DNA of 64,000 bases from Bacteroidales bacterium (GTDB lineage Bacteria; Bacteroidota; Bacteroidia; Bacteroidales; WCHB1-69). Below the pieces are notes generated by a model. That model was not told the DNA's origin and ran no database searches. It saw nothing but the letters and a program-made list of their open reading frames with translations. Shown one piece after another: positions 29,501-36,586 of this stretch. The stretch is from positions 32,283 through 96,282 of the forward strand of contig JAFZZK010000048.1 of the NCBI GenBank assembly GCA_017615795.1. The letters run 5' to 3'. Every line of letters begins with the position of its first letter. Position 1 is the first letter of the stretch. A program made the translations under genes and the position numbers.

Positions 29501-32500
29501 GCTTCTGCTGTTGTTGGATGTCCAATTGTCGGTGCCATTGCGATAGACGGCACTTTTGTTCGCAGTGGCAGTAGAACCGAATCTTGGAGAAGCACAATCC
29601 TGCGAGTATTCTAAATAAATGCCAAACCATAATTCCTGATTGGCGTCAATGACCACAGGTGTGTTTAATGTTACAGTGTTCCATACCCAGTCGTTGATGG
29701 AATAGATCGGAACCACTTGCTCTGCCACCAAAGTGCCGGCGTTCCTGTTGCTGGCTGTGGATGACCAAGTGCCGCCTTTGAAAACCACGACTTTGCAAGT
29801 CGTTAAATAATCCGTGTTGGGTATGAATGAGATGGCTGTGATTTTCTTGTTGTGGTAGGGTGCGAGGTCGGAGGATTCGAAACGTTGCAAAGCATATAAT
29901 GTTAAGTTGCTGTATTGGATGTAGCTGTTCATATTCGTTACATGCCATGTGAGGTCGTATGTGTTGTCAGACATGGCATCGGGGGCGTCCCACGTGGCTG
30001 TCACGGTAGCCCCGGAGGTCGGGGCAGAGAGTGTTAGGTTTTGGGGCGGATTGCAGTCGCCTGTGCCTTGCCCCACAAGTTGCACCTGCGCCGTGGCACT
30101 GCCGCTGGTCAAAGTGATGGTGCCGAGATCGGGCGTCGTGGGATAAGTGGATGGATTGTAACGCACATACAGCGTCCCGCCACTTGCGGGCAGTGTCTTG
30201 GATGTGGAGAAGCTGACAGAGTCGGTGCTGATCTGGAATGGACTCGTGACGGTGGCTTGAATGCTGGATGTGAGTCCCATACCGCTGATGTTCGTCTTCT
30301 TCACTTCGACATTGAAACCGCTATTGTTGTGGAGTACCAACATGTCGGGATTAGGGTAGATGCTGGCGACGTTCGTGATGGTTAACGAAGCGGAAGAGGA
30401 ACACCCGTTGTCCCATACGGCGGCCACGTTGTAGTGATAGGTGTTGGTTGAGCCTACAACATCATCGTAGTAGGTGTTGCTCGTGTTTCCTAAAACGGTT
30501 CCATTGCGCGATATCTCGTAATGAGAGAGTGTTTGTGTGTTTTGTATGGTGCCCAGAATACAGAGACTGTAATCGGTCCTTTCTCTCCATGATGAGTTGC
30601 CCAAGGCTCCTAGTCCTATGATAGCTCCTTTTTGAGGCTCGGCGGTAGGTCCTAAAGGAATGGGGTGTGATGCGGTAGATTCCAAATAGATGCCGAACCA
30701 CAGTTCTTGAGATGCATCAATGGAGACAGGCGTGGTGAGGGTGAAGGTGTTCCACGTATTTGGGGTGACGGATGAGATGGGAATGGTTTGCTCATAGACC
30801 AAAGTCCCAGGTTCAATGGAAGTTCCCATGTAGCTGCCTCCCTTGAAAACGAGCAGTTTGACCATCGTTGCGCCATCCACAATATAAGAGGTGATCTTTG
30901 TCAATGACTGGCCATGGTAAGGAACCAAGTCCGCTTCGCAGAATCTTTGTAATAGTGTCAATTGACTTGTGCCATAGCCAGACCTAAGGCCCAGGGCTCT
31001 ATCATTCCAACTCAATGTGTGTTCAGTTGGGTCGACTTGGGGCGCATTCCACGAAAGGTGGAGGTGTTGTAAGTCGGAGGAGGAAATGGTGAAGTTTTGA
31101 GGTGGCAGGCAGGTGATGGTACGGGAGAACCCCTGAAGATCTATGCTGGCTGATTTGGAACCGGAAACGAGGTTTACAGTTCCCGTGTTGCTTTGGTTGC
31201 CGGGAGCGGGTTGGTATCGCACGTAAAAGTTGCCGCCGTTAGAGCTTAATGTGATGGATGTGCTGTAGTTTACGGAATCCAGGCTGACGGCAAAGGGACT
31301 GCTGGTGGTGATGGTGATGTTGTTGGTCAGGTTGTGGGTCAGCACGTTTATCTTGCGACCTTCCGTGATAACGCTGTTCTCAGAGAAAAAATTCAAGGCG
31401 TTGATATTGGTCAGAAGAATGGGGTTGGCAGCACTCATGTTAAAGATAGCACCTTGTTCATCGTTGAATACATAGGGACTAGGGTTGATTTGGTTGATGG
31501 TATAATATCCGTTTTGATTGCATCCCCATCCGAAATTGAAATGGAAATAGTTGTCAACCGTATAGCCGTCGCAAATGAAGGCGTGCCCGCCAGTCCCTCG
31601 GCCATGATAAAGGAGAGGTCTGGCCTGGTTGAGTTCGGCTTTGAGGTCGGATATCCACAGGGCGTCGTTGCTGACGCTGCTGCGGTTTCGGTGTGTGCAG
31701 GAGTAGCCGAAATAGGTGTTGAATGCATCGGCAGCATCCGCACTACTGGCTCCACTGCCGCCATTAGCGCTCAAGCCGTAGTCCATGTCCACGCTGACAC
31801 CGCAATGGTACATCAGCTGGGCCACCTCGAACACTTGTGCGGCACTGCTGCTGCTGTTGAGCGAGGTCGGCATGAGGTCATAATTGTAGGTGGTGGCGCC
31901 AAAGTTGGCAGATTGTACTCCATAAGTGGGATGGGTGTAGCTGTGGCTTCCGATACCATGGGACGGGTATTTCCAGTACCACAGAAGCTGGGCCATGGCT
32001 GTGGCAACACAACCTGTTACAGTCTGTGTGCTGCCGTCCATAGGACATAAACTGTTATAGTAGGGCGATTGGTTCCAGCAGGTCTGTATAAGCGGCGCGA
32101 CCACAACAGACCCGTATCGCGTGGGTGTGAAGTTAGACGATGCCAACCGGCTCCAACTGGCCTCGGCATCGACGTTGGTGTATGTCGACGAATTCATTAC
32201 CGACTGTATCTCGGCAGTGTATCCCATTAGCCATTCGTCTAATTGTACGGGTATGTTTTGCGGGTCAAACTGCCCCTCGGTGGAGTAGCCCAATACCGGC
32301 TTCACTCGGTTGTCGCCGCTGACAATCACATAGCCGTCGCCTACGTTGTAGATATACAGGCAGATGGCTGAATCCCCTCTCAAAGTCGCAGGAGCAGACT
32401 TGTAAGTTTTTACCAATATTGGTGTGGGTGTCAACCCTCTGTCGTTAGCGCCAGATCCGATGCGCTCGCGATAAAAGTTGGCCGCCACACGCTTGCTGAG

Positions 32501-32578
32501 CAAGGTGTCGATAGGGGCGGATGTCAGGATTAGCGAGCTTAACAGGAGACAAAATGTCAGGAGTAATGATTTCTTCAT
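20525..32578 (-). CDS. Giant (4017 aa) secreted C10-family cysteine peptidase with repeat stalk and T9SS C-terminal sorting domain
   Basis: Signal peptide MKKSLLLTFCLLLSSLILTSA. C10 propeptide-like segment ICLYIYNVGDGYVIVSGDNRVKPVLGYS. Catalytic Cys context TGCVATAMAQLLWYW and catalytic His context GTGGHAFICDGY, as in SpeB, interpain and PrtT. Next come two copies of a ~345-aa Ig-like/lectin-like/FN3-like module, three 171-aa near-identical units and 41 copies of a 49-aa two-Cys module. The ORF ends with a type A T9SS CTD (IIVYPNPTTGTLQVQS...GTYFLRIATDKGTVTKRII). Confidence 0.9.
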   Translation of the reverse strand: MKKSLLLTFCLLLSSLILTSAPIDTLLSKRVAANFYRERIGSGANDRGLTPTPILVKTYKSAPATLRGDSAICLYIYNVGDGYVIVSGDNRVKPVLGYSTEGQFDPQNIPVQLDEWLMGYTAEIQSVMNSSTYTNVDAEASWSRLASSNFTPTRYGSVVVAPLIQTCWNQSPYYNSLCPMDGSTQTVTGCVATAMAQLLWYWKYPSHGIGSHSYTHPTYGVQSANFGATTYNYDLMPTSLNSSSSAAQVFEVAQLMYHCGVSVDMDYGLSANGGSGASSADAADAFNTYFGYSCTHRNRSSVSNDALWISDLKAELNQARPLLYHGRGTGGHAFICDGYTVDNYFHFNFGWGCNQNGYYTINQINPSPYVFNDEQGAIFNMSAANPILLTNINALNFFSENSVITEGRKINVLTHNLTNNITITTSSPFAVSLDSVNYSTSITLSSNGGNFYVRYQPAPGNQSNTGTVNLVSGSKSASIDLQGFSRTITCLPPQNFTISSSDLQHLHLSWNAPQVDPTEHTLSWNDRALGLRSGYGTSQLTLLQRFCEADLVPYHGQSLTKITSYIVDGATMVKLLVFKGGSYMGTSIEPGTLVYEQTIPISSVTPNTWNTFTLTTPVSIDASQELWFGIYLESTASHPIPLGPTAEPQKGAIIGLGALGNSSWRERTDYSLCILGTIQNTQTLSHYEISRNGTVLGNTSNTYYDDVVGSTNTYHYNVAAVWDNGCSSSASLTITNVASIYPNPDMLVLHNNSGFNVEVKKTNISGMGLTSSIQATVTSPFQISTDSVSFSTSKTLPASGGTLYVRYNPSTYPTTPDLGTITLTSGSATAQVQLVGQGTGDCNPPQNLTLSAPTSGATVTATWDAPDAMSDNTYDLTWHVTNMNSYIQYSNLTLYALQRFESSDLAPYHNKKITAISFIPNTDYLTTCKVVVFKGGTWSSTASNRNAGTLVAEQVVPIYSINDWVWNTVTLNTPVVIDANQELWFGIYLEYSQDCASPRFGSTATANKSAVYRNGTDNWTSNNSRSFAIKASVEDINPTFDHYQIDRNGSVLVNNTASTSYTDNVGINGDYNYTVWAVWSDGCQSSVNGSVSVTGGCTTPGTVTTRNQCGGTYTWHGTSYNASGTYTYAFMNSLHCHQVDTLRLTIHSAPTVTISGNNSICSGANTTLTASGANSYTWSTGASGNSITVNPTSSTPYTVTGTDSHGCTGNATVTVTVTPASLATVTTANVTNVTTSAATCGGTVTSDACSPVTARGVCWSTSHNPTVTGSHTTNGTGTGTFTSNLSGLTENTTYYVRAYATTAAGTQYGAEKSFKTGCSAVTVTISGNTSICSGANTTLSASGANSYTWSTGASGSSITVNPTSSTPYTVTGTNSHGCTGNATVTVTVTPASLATVTTANVTNVTTSTATCGGTVTSDACSPVTARGVCWSTSHNPTITSSHTTNGTGTGTFTSNLSGLTENTTYYVRAYATTAAGTQYGAEKSFKTGCSAVTVTISGNTSICSGASTTLTASGANSYTWSTGASGSSITVNPTANTPYTVTGTNSHGCTGNATVTVTVTPVSLATVTTANVTNVTTSTATCGGTVTSDACSPVTARGICWSSSHNPTISGSHTTNGTGTGTFTSNLTGLAENMTYYVRAYATTAAGTQYGAEKTFTTNCGVHELTVSGNTTIYSGTSTTLCASGANSYHWYPNNENTSSITVSPSTTTTYTVIGTMANGCSTEPATITVTVTNCIPAQSIETATACDSYTWHGVTYTQSTNSATYTISHGAANGCDSIVTLHLTIFHPQHQAFTANACKSYTWNGTTYTQSGTYRYSHSDAHGCTQVDTLHLTIYTPQHQAYTVSECGQYTWNGTTYTQSGTYQYSHPDAHGCTQVDTLHLTIIPIPVVTISGNTSILEGQSTTLTASGAQSYVWSTGAHSGSITVTPTATNTYTVTGYNGSCASQQASVTVTVGSCIPSQSVETITACNNYTWHGISYTQSTNSATYTIPHGAANGCDSIVTLHLTIYKPQHKAYTVNACESYIWNGTIYLQSGNFLYQHTDVNGCTQVDTLHLTIYNPQHQAYTVSECGQYTWNGTTYTQSGTYKHSHTDAHGCTQVDTLHLTITPIPNVTISGNTSVLEGQSTTLTASGAQSYVWSTGAHTSSITVTPTASTTYTVTGYNGNCVSQPVQVYVSTHACTPVFGIETVHSCGPYLWHGVNYPSSNYTATYTYPGAAANGCDSTVTLHLTVDNPVTRHLTLTDCDRHIWNGQTYTQSGDYTQHFQTNAGCDSTVILHLTIRHPHHTAVSASECNAYTWHGQTYTQSGIYTYAHADAYGCTQVDTLHLTVFHPQHAAITTSECGSFTWNGTTYTQSGTYTYAHVDANGCTQVDTLHLTIRPIPTVSVTGNTTIPLYESTTLTASGADNYVWSTGSHTASITVSPASTTTYYVTGSANGCSSQTASITVVVGNCIPAQGIETAVACESFTWHGTTYTQSTNAPTFVMIGAAATGCDSIVTLHLTVNHPMPTITEDAVCDSYTWHGTTYTQSGVYTYAHPDANGCNQVDTLKLTVFHPQHEAFTDSECLSYVWNGTTYTQSGVYTFSHPDEHGCTQVDTLHLTIFSPQHEAISVSQCDNYTWNGTTYTQSGTYTFAHADINGCTQVDTLHLTIFRSTTSQFSASNCESYTWNGVTYTRSGEYVQHFQTIHGCDSIVTLQLTIFQPRHTSFTAINCDSYTWAWNGQTYTESGDYTYSHPDAHGCTQVDTLHVTINHPQHQSTTISACNSYYWNGMRRTQSGTYTYTHRDDHGCWQVDTLHLTIFRPQHTAFAASACGSYTWNGQTYNRSGNYTFSHPDANGCTQIDTLHLTIFQPATTNLTQFGCNSYTWNDSIYTESGDYTQYFQTVNGCDSTVILHLTIITPQHQSTTVSACDLYSWNNTTYYESGTYTFAREEAYGCMRVDTLHLTINHPTSTQWSATACDLFTWNNNTYYNSGNYIQHFRTAAGCDSTVTLHLTIHHSVSTEWSATNCDSYTWNESTYYESGNYVKYFQTIHGCDSTVTLHLTIRKARHLSYTASNCHSYTWNGQTYTQTGTHLHSHNDQNGCTQVDTLHLTIFGDQSTDLTVSSCGPYTWNGQTYNRSGDFIQRFFTAHGCDSTVTLHLTVNNAQTNHIYETACDNFTWNGITFSASGNYSQTFQSSAGCDSTVTLHLTINHSKTNEFNHTACNSYTWNGQTYYQSGEYVQTLVTAGGCDSTVTLHLTINTAVAHEFSATACDSYTWNGITYTSSGNYTQNLQTPLGCDSIVTLHLTVFHPQHASTRISACEFYSWNGSLYLQSGTYMHSHTDQHGCTQVDTLHLTINHAVVNEIYETSCGNYTWGGQTYTGNGTYTKTFQSAQGCDSTVILHLTVRHPQHTAVTADACLFYNWNGMQYVQSGTYTHPHFDANGCTQVDTLHLTIHHAVSHEFNAATCDSYTWNGQTYTSSGNYTQTLQTPTGCDSIVTLHLTIYNSVTNEFNATACDSYTWNGITFSASGDYTQFFQTSHGCDSTVTLHLTIHNSVTGEFNATACDSYTWNTQTYTQTGYYTQSFQTSHGCDSTVTLHLTIHNSATTEFSATACESYTWNGQTYTQSGTYTQSFQTSHGCDSTVTLQLTVYYPQHMAFSATECGSSYTWNGNTYISSGTYTYPHTDLHGCIQVDTLHLTLYNTQNQAYTIIACNSYTWHDVPYFSTGNYTYSYYNSNGCMQTDTLHLTIQQSTTQDFTITSCESYIWNGQTYTQSGNYTQQFQTIYGCDSTVTLHLTVYQPQHTAITVTECGSFTWNGQTYSTSGDYLFSHTDAHGCTQVDTLHLTIYQPQNTSVTIDECQYFTWNGTTYNESGTYTYQHTDVHGCTQVDTLHLTIHHPQNTEFSVTVADSCYTWNGTEYCENGNYLQLFSDQYGCDSIVTLHLQVNVGIEEYVLNDQIIVYPNPTTGTLQVQSSAPKVQRIEVYDAYGKLLLTVNANDSKVALNLSGHAAGTYFLRIATDKGTVTKRIIRLDN
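20785..25060 (-). repeat. Uninterrupted run of 29 tandem 147-bp (49-codon) units inside the giant gene
   Basis: Units 13 to 41 of the two-Cys module (x-C-x-S-Y-T-W-N-G-x-T-Y-T-x-S-G-x-Y ... G-C-[TD]-[QS]-x-[DV]-T-L-H-L-T-[IV]) follow one another with no other domain between them. Boundaries are approximate to within ~20 bp. Confidence 0.8.
27590..29128 (-). repeat. Three near-identical tandem 513-bp (171-codon) units inside the giant gene
   Basis: The marker string ggtgactgt recurs at 29120-29128, 28607-28615 and 28094-28102, which is an exact 513-bp period. Each unit encodes TVTISGN(N/T)SICSGA...YTVTGT(D/N)SHGCTGNATVTVTVTP...ARG(V/I)CWS(T/S)SHNPT...TTYYVRAYATTAAGTQYGAEK, with only a handful of substitutions between copies. 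Confidence 0.9.
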
Positions 32579-32602
32579 TGTGAACGGAATATTATGTTGT
32601 TT

Positions 32603-34267
32603 TTATTTTTCTGTTTTCATTTTCTTTGTGGAGCTTTGCGCTTTTTGCTTGCACCAGCAGCCGAAGGCATATAGGAATCCAAGCAGTGTGAGGGCTACGG
32701 CGATGCGGGCCATGTAGTCTCCGTGGCGCACGTAGAAGGTCTCGCCCTCTTGGGCGTAAACGGTCGCCTTGAGTGCCGTGCGCTCGTCGTAGTTTGTCTT
32801 TTGCAGCACATTCCCGCAGGGGTCGATGATGCCCGAGAATCCGCCGTTGGCGGCGCGCACCACGTATCGGCGCGTCTCCACCGCCCGCAGGCGCGACATC
32901 TCGAAATGCTGCTTGTGCCCTTGGCTGTCAGCCCACCACGAGTCATTCGTGATAACGGTCATCAAATTGGCACCGTTGCGCACAAATTGGCCGAAAAGTT
33001 CGCCGTATATGGATTCGTAGCAGATGGCCGTCCCCACACGCAGGTCGCGGCCGCTCGACTGGATAGCGAATGTGTGTTGTGCACTGTCGACACCCAACGA
33101 GGTGTTGGACCCGCCTAACTTGATGAAGGCGTCACCCAGAAAACCCAGCATCTTGGGGAAGGGCATCTTCTCCACACCGGGCACCAAGCGACACTTGTGG
33201 TAATGGCCATTGTAGTGGTTTTTCCCGTAGCATAAGGCACTGTTGAAAACGTCCACGAACATGCCTCCTCCAACGGATCTTGCTGTCACGCTGGCCGGAT
33301 GGTCGTAAAGAGAGAACAACGACATGCCTAATATGAAGTTGAGGTTGGGGTGCATGCTGATGACGCTGTCTAACAGCGTGAATCCGCTGTAGGCTTGGTT
33401 CTCTGTCGGGAAATTGTGCGTTTGGAGCATGAGCAGAGAGAGATTGTGCGGTACGCTGGATTCGGGGCATACCACCAATGCCGTGCGTTCGTCCATATAG
33501 GGGGTCGCCACGTTGATGAGGCGTCGGATCTGCTGCTCGTTGGTTAGCTCGTACTCCTCTTCCCACGGGTCTGTGTTTTGCTGCACAGCCACCACCTCGA
33601 CGGGTGCGCTCTGGTCGATGGCACGCTTTGCGCCCTGATACATCACGCCCGAGATGATGACGGGTATGACAAAAACCAGCGCGCCGGTCGCGACAAGCCC
33701 CCAAGAGACACGATGGTTGCGGCTGATATGCCGGATGAGACAGTACAAAAGGAAGTTGAGCAGCAACACCCAAAGCGTTCCGCCAGCGGCACCCGTGACG
33801 GCATACCACTGCACCCACTGCGGACAGACGGCGAACACGTTGCCGAGATTGAGCCACGGCCACGTCAGGTCCCAATTGAGATGGAGGTATTCGAAAGAGA
33901 TCCAAAAGGCGACCAGCAAGATGGGATGCAGCCATTCTTGGCGGACTTGCTTCCGGCAGCAATGCCAGAACCCGAACACCCACGCTTGCAGCATCGAATT
34001 GGCCACGATGGCTCCGATAGCGCCGGGAACTGTGCAGTAACCAATCCAATATGTGGTTATGAAATTCCAAAGCATAAACCCTGGCCAACTGTAAAGCCAT
34101 CCCTTTACAAACGGCGCTTTCCCGTTTTTCTCCAACAAGGCGTCGCTCATGAAAAACAGGGGAATCCATGCGAAAAAAATCAGGAACGGCAGCCCATGAG
34201 GATACCAGGCAAGGGCGAGAAGCAGTCCGCTGACGATGCTGAGAAGAAGGAGTTTATACCAGTTCAT
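32603..34267 (-). CDS. lnt: Apolipoprotein N-acyltransferase
   Basis: 554 aa. Multi-pass N-terminal membrane domain MNWYKLLLLSIVSGLLLALAWYPHGLPFLIFFAWIPLFF followed by a CN-hydrolase domain. The stop is only 24 bp upstream of the giant gene ATG. Confidence 0.85.
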   Translation of the reverse strand: MNWYKLLLLSIVSGLLLALAWYPHGLPFLIFFAWIPLFFMSDALLEKNGKAPFVKGWLYSWPGFMLWNFITTYWIGYCTVPGAIGAIVANSMLQAWVFGFWHCCRKQVRQEWLHPILLVAFWISFEYLHLNWDLTWPWLNLGNVFAVCPQWVQWYAVTGAAGGTLWVLLLNFLLYCLIRHISRNHRVSWGLVATGALVFVIPVIISGVMYQGAKRAIDQSAPVEVVAVQQNTDPWEEEYELTNEQQIRRLINVATPYMDERTALVVCPESSVPHNLSLLMLQTHNFPTENQAYSGFTLLDSVISMHPNLNFILGMSLFSLYDHPASVTARSVGGGMFVDVFNSALCYGKNHYNGHYHKCRLVPGVEKMPFPKMLGFLGDAFIKLGGSNTSLGVDSAQHTFAIQSSGRDLRVGTAICYESIYGELFGQFVRNGANLMTVITNDSWWADSQGHKQHFEMSRLRAVETRRYVVRAANGGFSGIIDPCGNVLQKTNYDERTALKATVYAQEGETFYVRHGDYMARIAVALTLLGFLYAFGCWCKQKAQSSTKKMKTEK

Positions 34268-34350
34268 AAGGGTGTAGGGGTTAGGGTGTTTTTTTTAGGT
34301 TTCAGGTTTCAAGTTTCAGGTCGTAAATCGCAAACCGCACGTTTTCGGTT

Positions 34351-36387
34351 TTATTTATTGAACTTATCAATCCCTTCGCGCAGGAACTTGATGTACTTGT
34401 CCTTGTCGCGTTCGTAGTAGGTGGGGCCGGAGAGCACGTTGCCGTCGGGATCCACCACAAAATAGCAGGGCTGGGAGTTCTCGTGATATTTGGTTTGCTC
34501 GATGAAGCGGTTCTTTTCACCCAGCATGGTGATGGGGTCGCCGTCGGCATCCGTGAGCTTGCCCTTCTCGTCGTCAGGCAATGGGATGACTTTGTCGTCG
34601 GCGTACATGGTGCACACGATGACTTCCTCGGCGAAGATGCGCCGCACCTCGGGGTCGATCCAGACGGCGTTTTCCACGTTGCGGCAGTTGGTGCAGCCGT
34701 GGCCGGTGAAGTCGAGGAACACGGGCTTGCCTTCCTTCTTGGCGACACGCAGAGCTTGGTCGTAGTCAAAATAGCCCTTGATGCCAAACGGAATTTCGAG
34801 TTTGTCGGCATAGAGCGGGTCTTCCGTCCATTGGTAGGTGGTGGCACTGTTGCTGCCGCTGCCGCTTTCGGTGCGGACAATGTTGGAGATATCGAAGTCT
34901 TGGGTCGTCATGGGAGGCAGCCAGCCGGAAATGGCCTTCAGCGGAGCGCCGAACATGCCGGGAATCATATAGACCACAAATGCTAAATCGAACAGGGCGA
35001 GTGTGAAGCGGAACCAACTCTTCTGCACGGGATAGTCGTCATCGAGCGGGAAACGGATCTTGCCCAGCAGGTAAAGCCCTAACAAGGTGAAGATGACGAT
35101 CCAGAAGGCGAGGTAGACTTCACGGTCGAGGATGCCCCAATGGTAGGTCTGGTCGGGCACGTTGATGAATTTCAGGGCGAAGGCGAGCTCCACGAAGGCG
35201 AGGATGACCTTCAGCGTGTTCATCCAGCCGCCCGACTTGGGCAGTTTCTTCAGCAGGTTTGGGAAGAGAGCGAAGAGGGTGAAGGGCACTGCAATGCCTA
35301 ACGAGAACCCCAACATGCCGATGATGGGCTTGAGGAACGACCCGCCGGCGGCGTTAAGCGCCACTGCGCCCGCAATGGGCAACGTGCAGGAGAAGGAGAC
35401 CAACACCAAGGTCAAGGCCATGAAGAAGATGCCCACGATGCCTCCCTGGCGTTGGCGCTTGGCAGATCCGTTAACCCACGAGCTTGGCAGTGTGATTTCA
35501 AAATAGCCCAGTAATGAGAAAGCAAAGATGAGGAATATGACGGCAAAGAGCAGGTTGGGAATCCAGTGCGTGCTCATGATGTTGCCGAGGTCGGCTCCGA
35601 AAATGGCCGACAATACCAATCCAAATGTGAGGAATATCAGGATGATGAACAGACCGTAGAGCAGGGCGTCTCGTTTGCCTTTGTGTCCCTCTTTGGAGAA
35701 GAATGAGACAGTCATGGGGATCATCGGGAAGACGCACGGCATCAACAGGCCGACCAGACCGCCGCCAATGGCAAGCAGGAAGTAGCGCCACATAGACTCC
35801 TCTTTCTCAGAGTCTGCCTTGGCAGCATCCTGCTTCTCGGATGCTGGCGCTATAGTGGCAGTGGCAGCGCTGTCAGGTGCAGGCTCCTCGGCGACCTCCG
35901 GCTCGGCAGGTGCCTTGACATTGTCGAATCCCTTGATGTCGAATGAGAACTTCTGCTCCACCGGGGTGCAGCGCCCCTCCCGGCAGGCTTGCCCCTCCAG
36001 CTTGCCTTTGATGGCGAAAGGCTCGCTGTCCTTCACCTTGACGCGCTGCTTGAAGGTAACCTGCTTGGTGTAGAAGTTGGAGTGCGCGTCCAGCAGGTCG
36101 TCGTAGTCGCTCTGCGGGGTCGGCTCGATGACCTTGCCGATGCGCTCGTATTGCGGCGATGCCGTGAAGTTGAAAACCAAGGGCATCTCGATCTGCCCTT
36201 CCCCTTTTTTCTGGGCGTACAGGTGCCACTCGGGCTGGATGGCGGCGGTGAACTGCAACTCCGCCACGGAGTCGTTGACTTTCACGGTCTTATAGTCCCA
36301 TTTTACAGGAGATTCTTGGGCGTTTGAATGGATGTTGCATAGCAGAAAAACTAAGCAAAACGAAAGGAGAATGTTGAGTCTTTTCAT
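34351..36387 (-). CDS. dsbD: DsbD-family protein-disulfide reductase (N-terminal DsbD-alpha-like domain, CcdA-type membrane core, C-terminal thioredoxin domain)
   Basis: Start at MKRLNILLSFCLVFLL (ATG 36387). Membrane core contains LMPCVFPMIPMTVSFF. C-terminal thioredoxin motif FLDFTGHGCTNCR. Confidence 0.85.
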   Translation of the reverse strand: MKRLNILLSFCLVFLLCNIHSNAQESPVKWDYKTVKVNDSVAELQFTAAIQPEWHLYAQKKGEGQIEMPLVFNFTASPQYERIGKVIEPTPQSDYDDLLDAHSNFYTKQVTFKQRVKVKDSEPFAIKGKLEGQACREGRCTPVEQKFSFDIKGFDNVKAPAEPEVAEEPAPDSAATATIAPASEKQDAAKADSEKEESMWRYFLLAIGGGLVGLLMPCVFPMIPMTVSFFSKEGHKGKRDALLYGLFIILIFLTFGLVLSAIFGADLGNIMSTHWIPNLLFAVIFLIFAFSLLGYFEITLPSSWVNGSAKRQRQGGIVGIFFMALTLVLVSFSCTLPIAGAVALNAAGGSFLKPIIGMLGFSLGIAVPFTLFALFPNLLKKLPKSGGWMNTLKVILAFVELAFALKFINVPDQTYHWGILDREVYLAFWIVIFTLLGLYLLGKIRFPLDDDYPVQKSWFRFTLALFDLAFVVYMIPGMFGAPLKAISGWLPPMTTQDFDISNIVRTESGSGSNSATTYQWTEDPLYADKLEIPFGIKGYFDYDQALRVAKKEGKPVFLDFTGHGCTNCRNVENAVWIDPEVRRIFAEEVIVCTMYADDKVIPLPDDEKGKLTDADGDPITMLGEKNRFIEQTKYHENSQPCYFVVDPDGNVLSGPTYYERDKDKYIKFLREGIDKFNK

Positions 36388-36427
36388 ATAGTGTTTTATT
36401 GTTTTTTTACAGGTTTTCAAGAAACGG

Positions 36428-36435
36428 CAAAAATA
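36428..36435 (-). promoter_or_regulatory. -7 box (TATTTTTG) for dsbD-lnt-(giant gene)
   Basis: Reverse complement of caaaaata, about 40 nt upstream of ATG 36387. I see no other TAnnTTTG box between here and the giant gene start. Confidence 0.5.
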
Positions 36436-36525
36436 CAAAAAATAATCGAGAGGAGGACTTTATCAAACGTGAAATGTTGATAAAATGCAAAAATGGAATC
36501 CAGATGCATTTCCGTGAAAAAAATG

Positions 36526-36533
36526 TATTTTTG
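36526..36533 (+). promoter_or_regulatory. -7 box (TATTTTTG) for the transglutaminase-like gene
   Basis: aaatgTATTTTTGcgc lies about 55 nt upstream of ATG 36587. Confidence 0.5.
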
Positions 36534-36586
36534 CGCTCGATATAACTTAAAGTTCAAGGATAACCAATAACTGTAATAACAAACCC

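Noticed and set aside
21000-30400. Dozens of 60-330-aa ORFs on both strands inside the giant gene, for example 23306..24295 (+), 26651..27538 (+) and 21549..22232 (-).
   Set aside because: They are periodic by-products of the 147-bp and 513-bp coding repeats; the same off-frame peptides recur with the repeat period. The 4017-codon frame is the only one with signal peptide, catalytic motifs and CTD.
20525-32578. A diversity-generating retroelement or other templated hypervariation acting on the repeat array.
   Set aside because: The window contains no reverse transcriptase gene and no non-coding template repeat. The divergence among units looks like ordinary drift of tandem domains.
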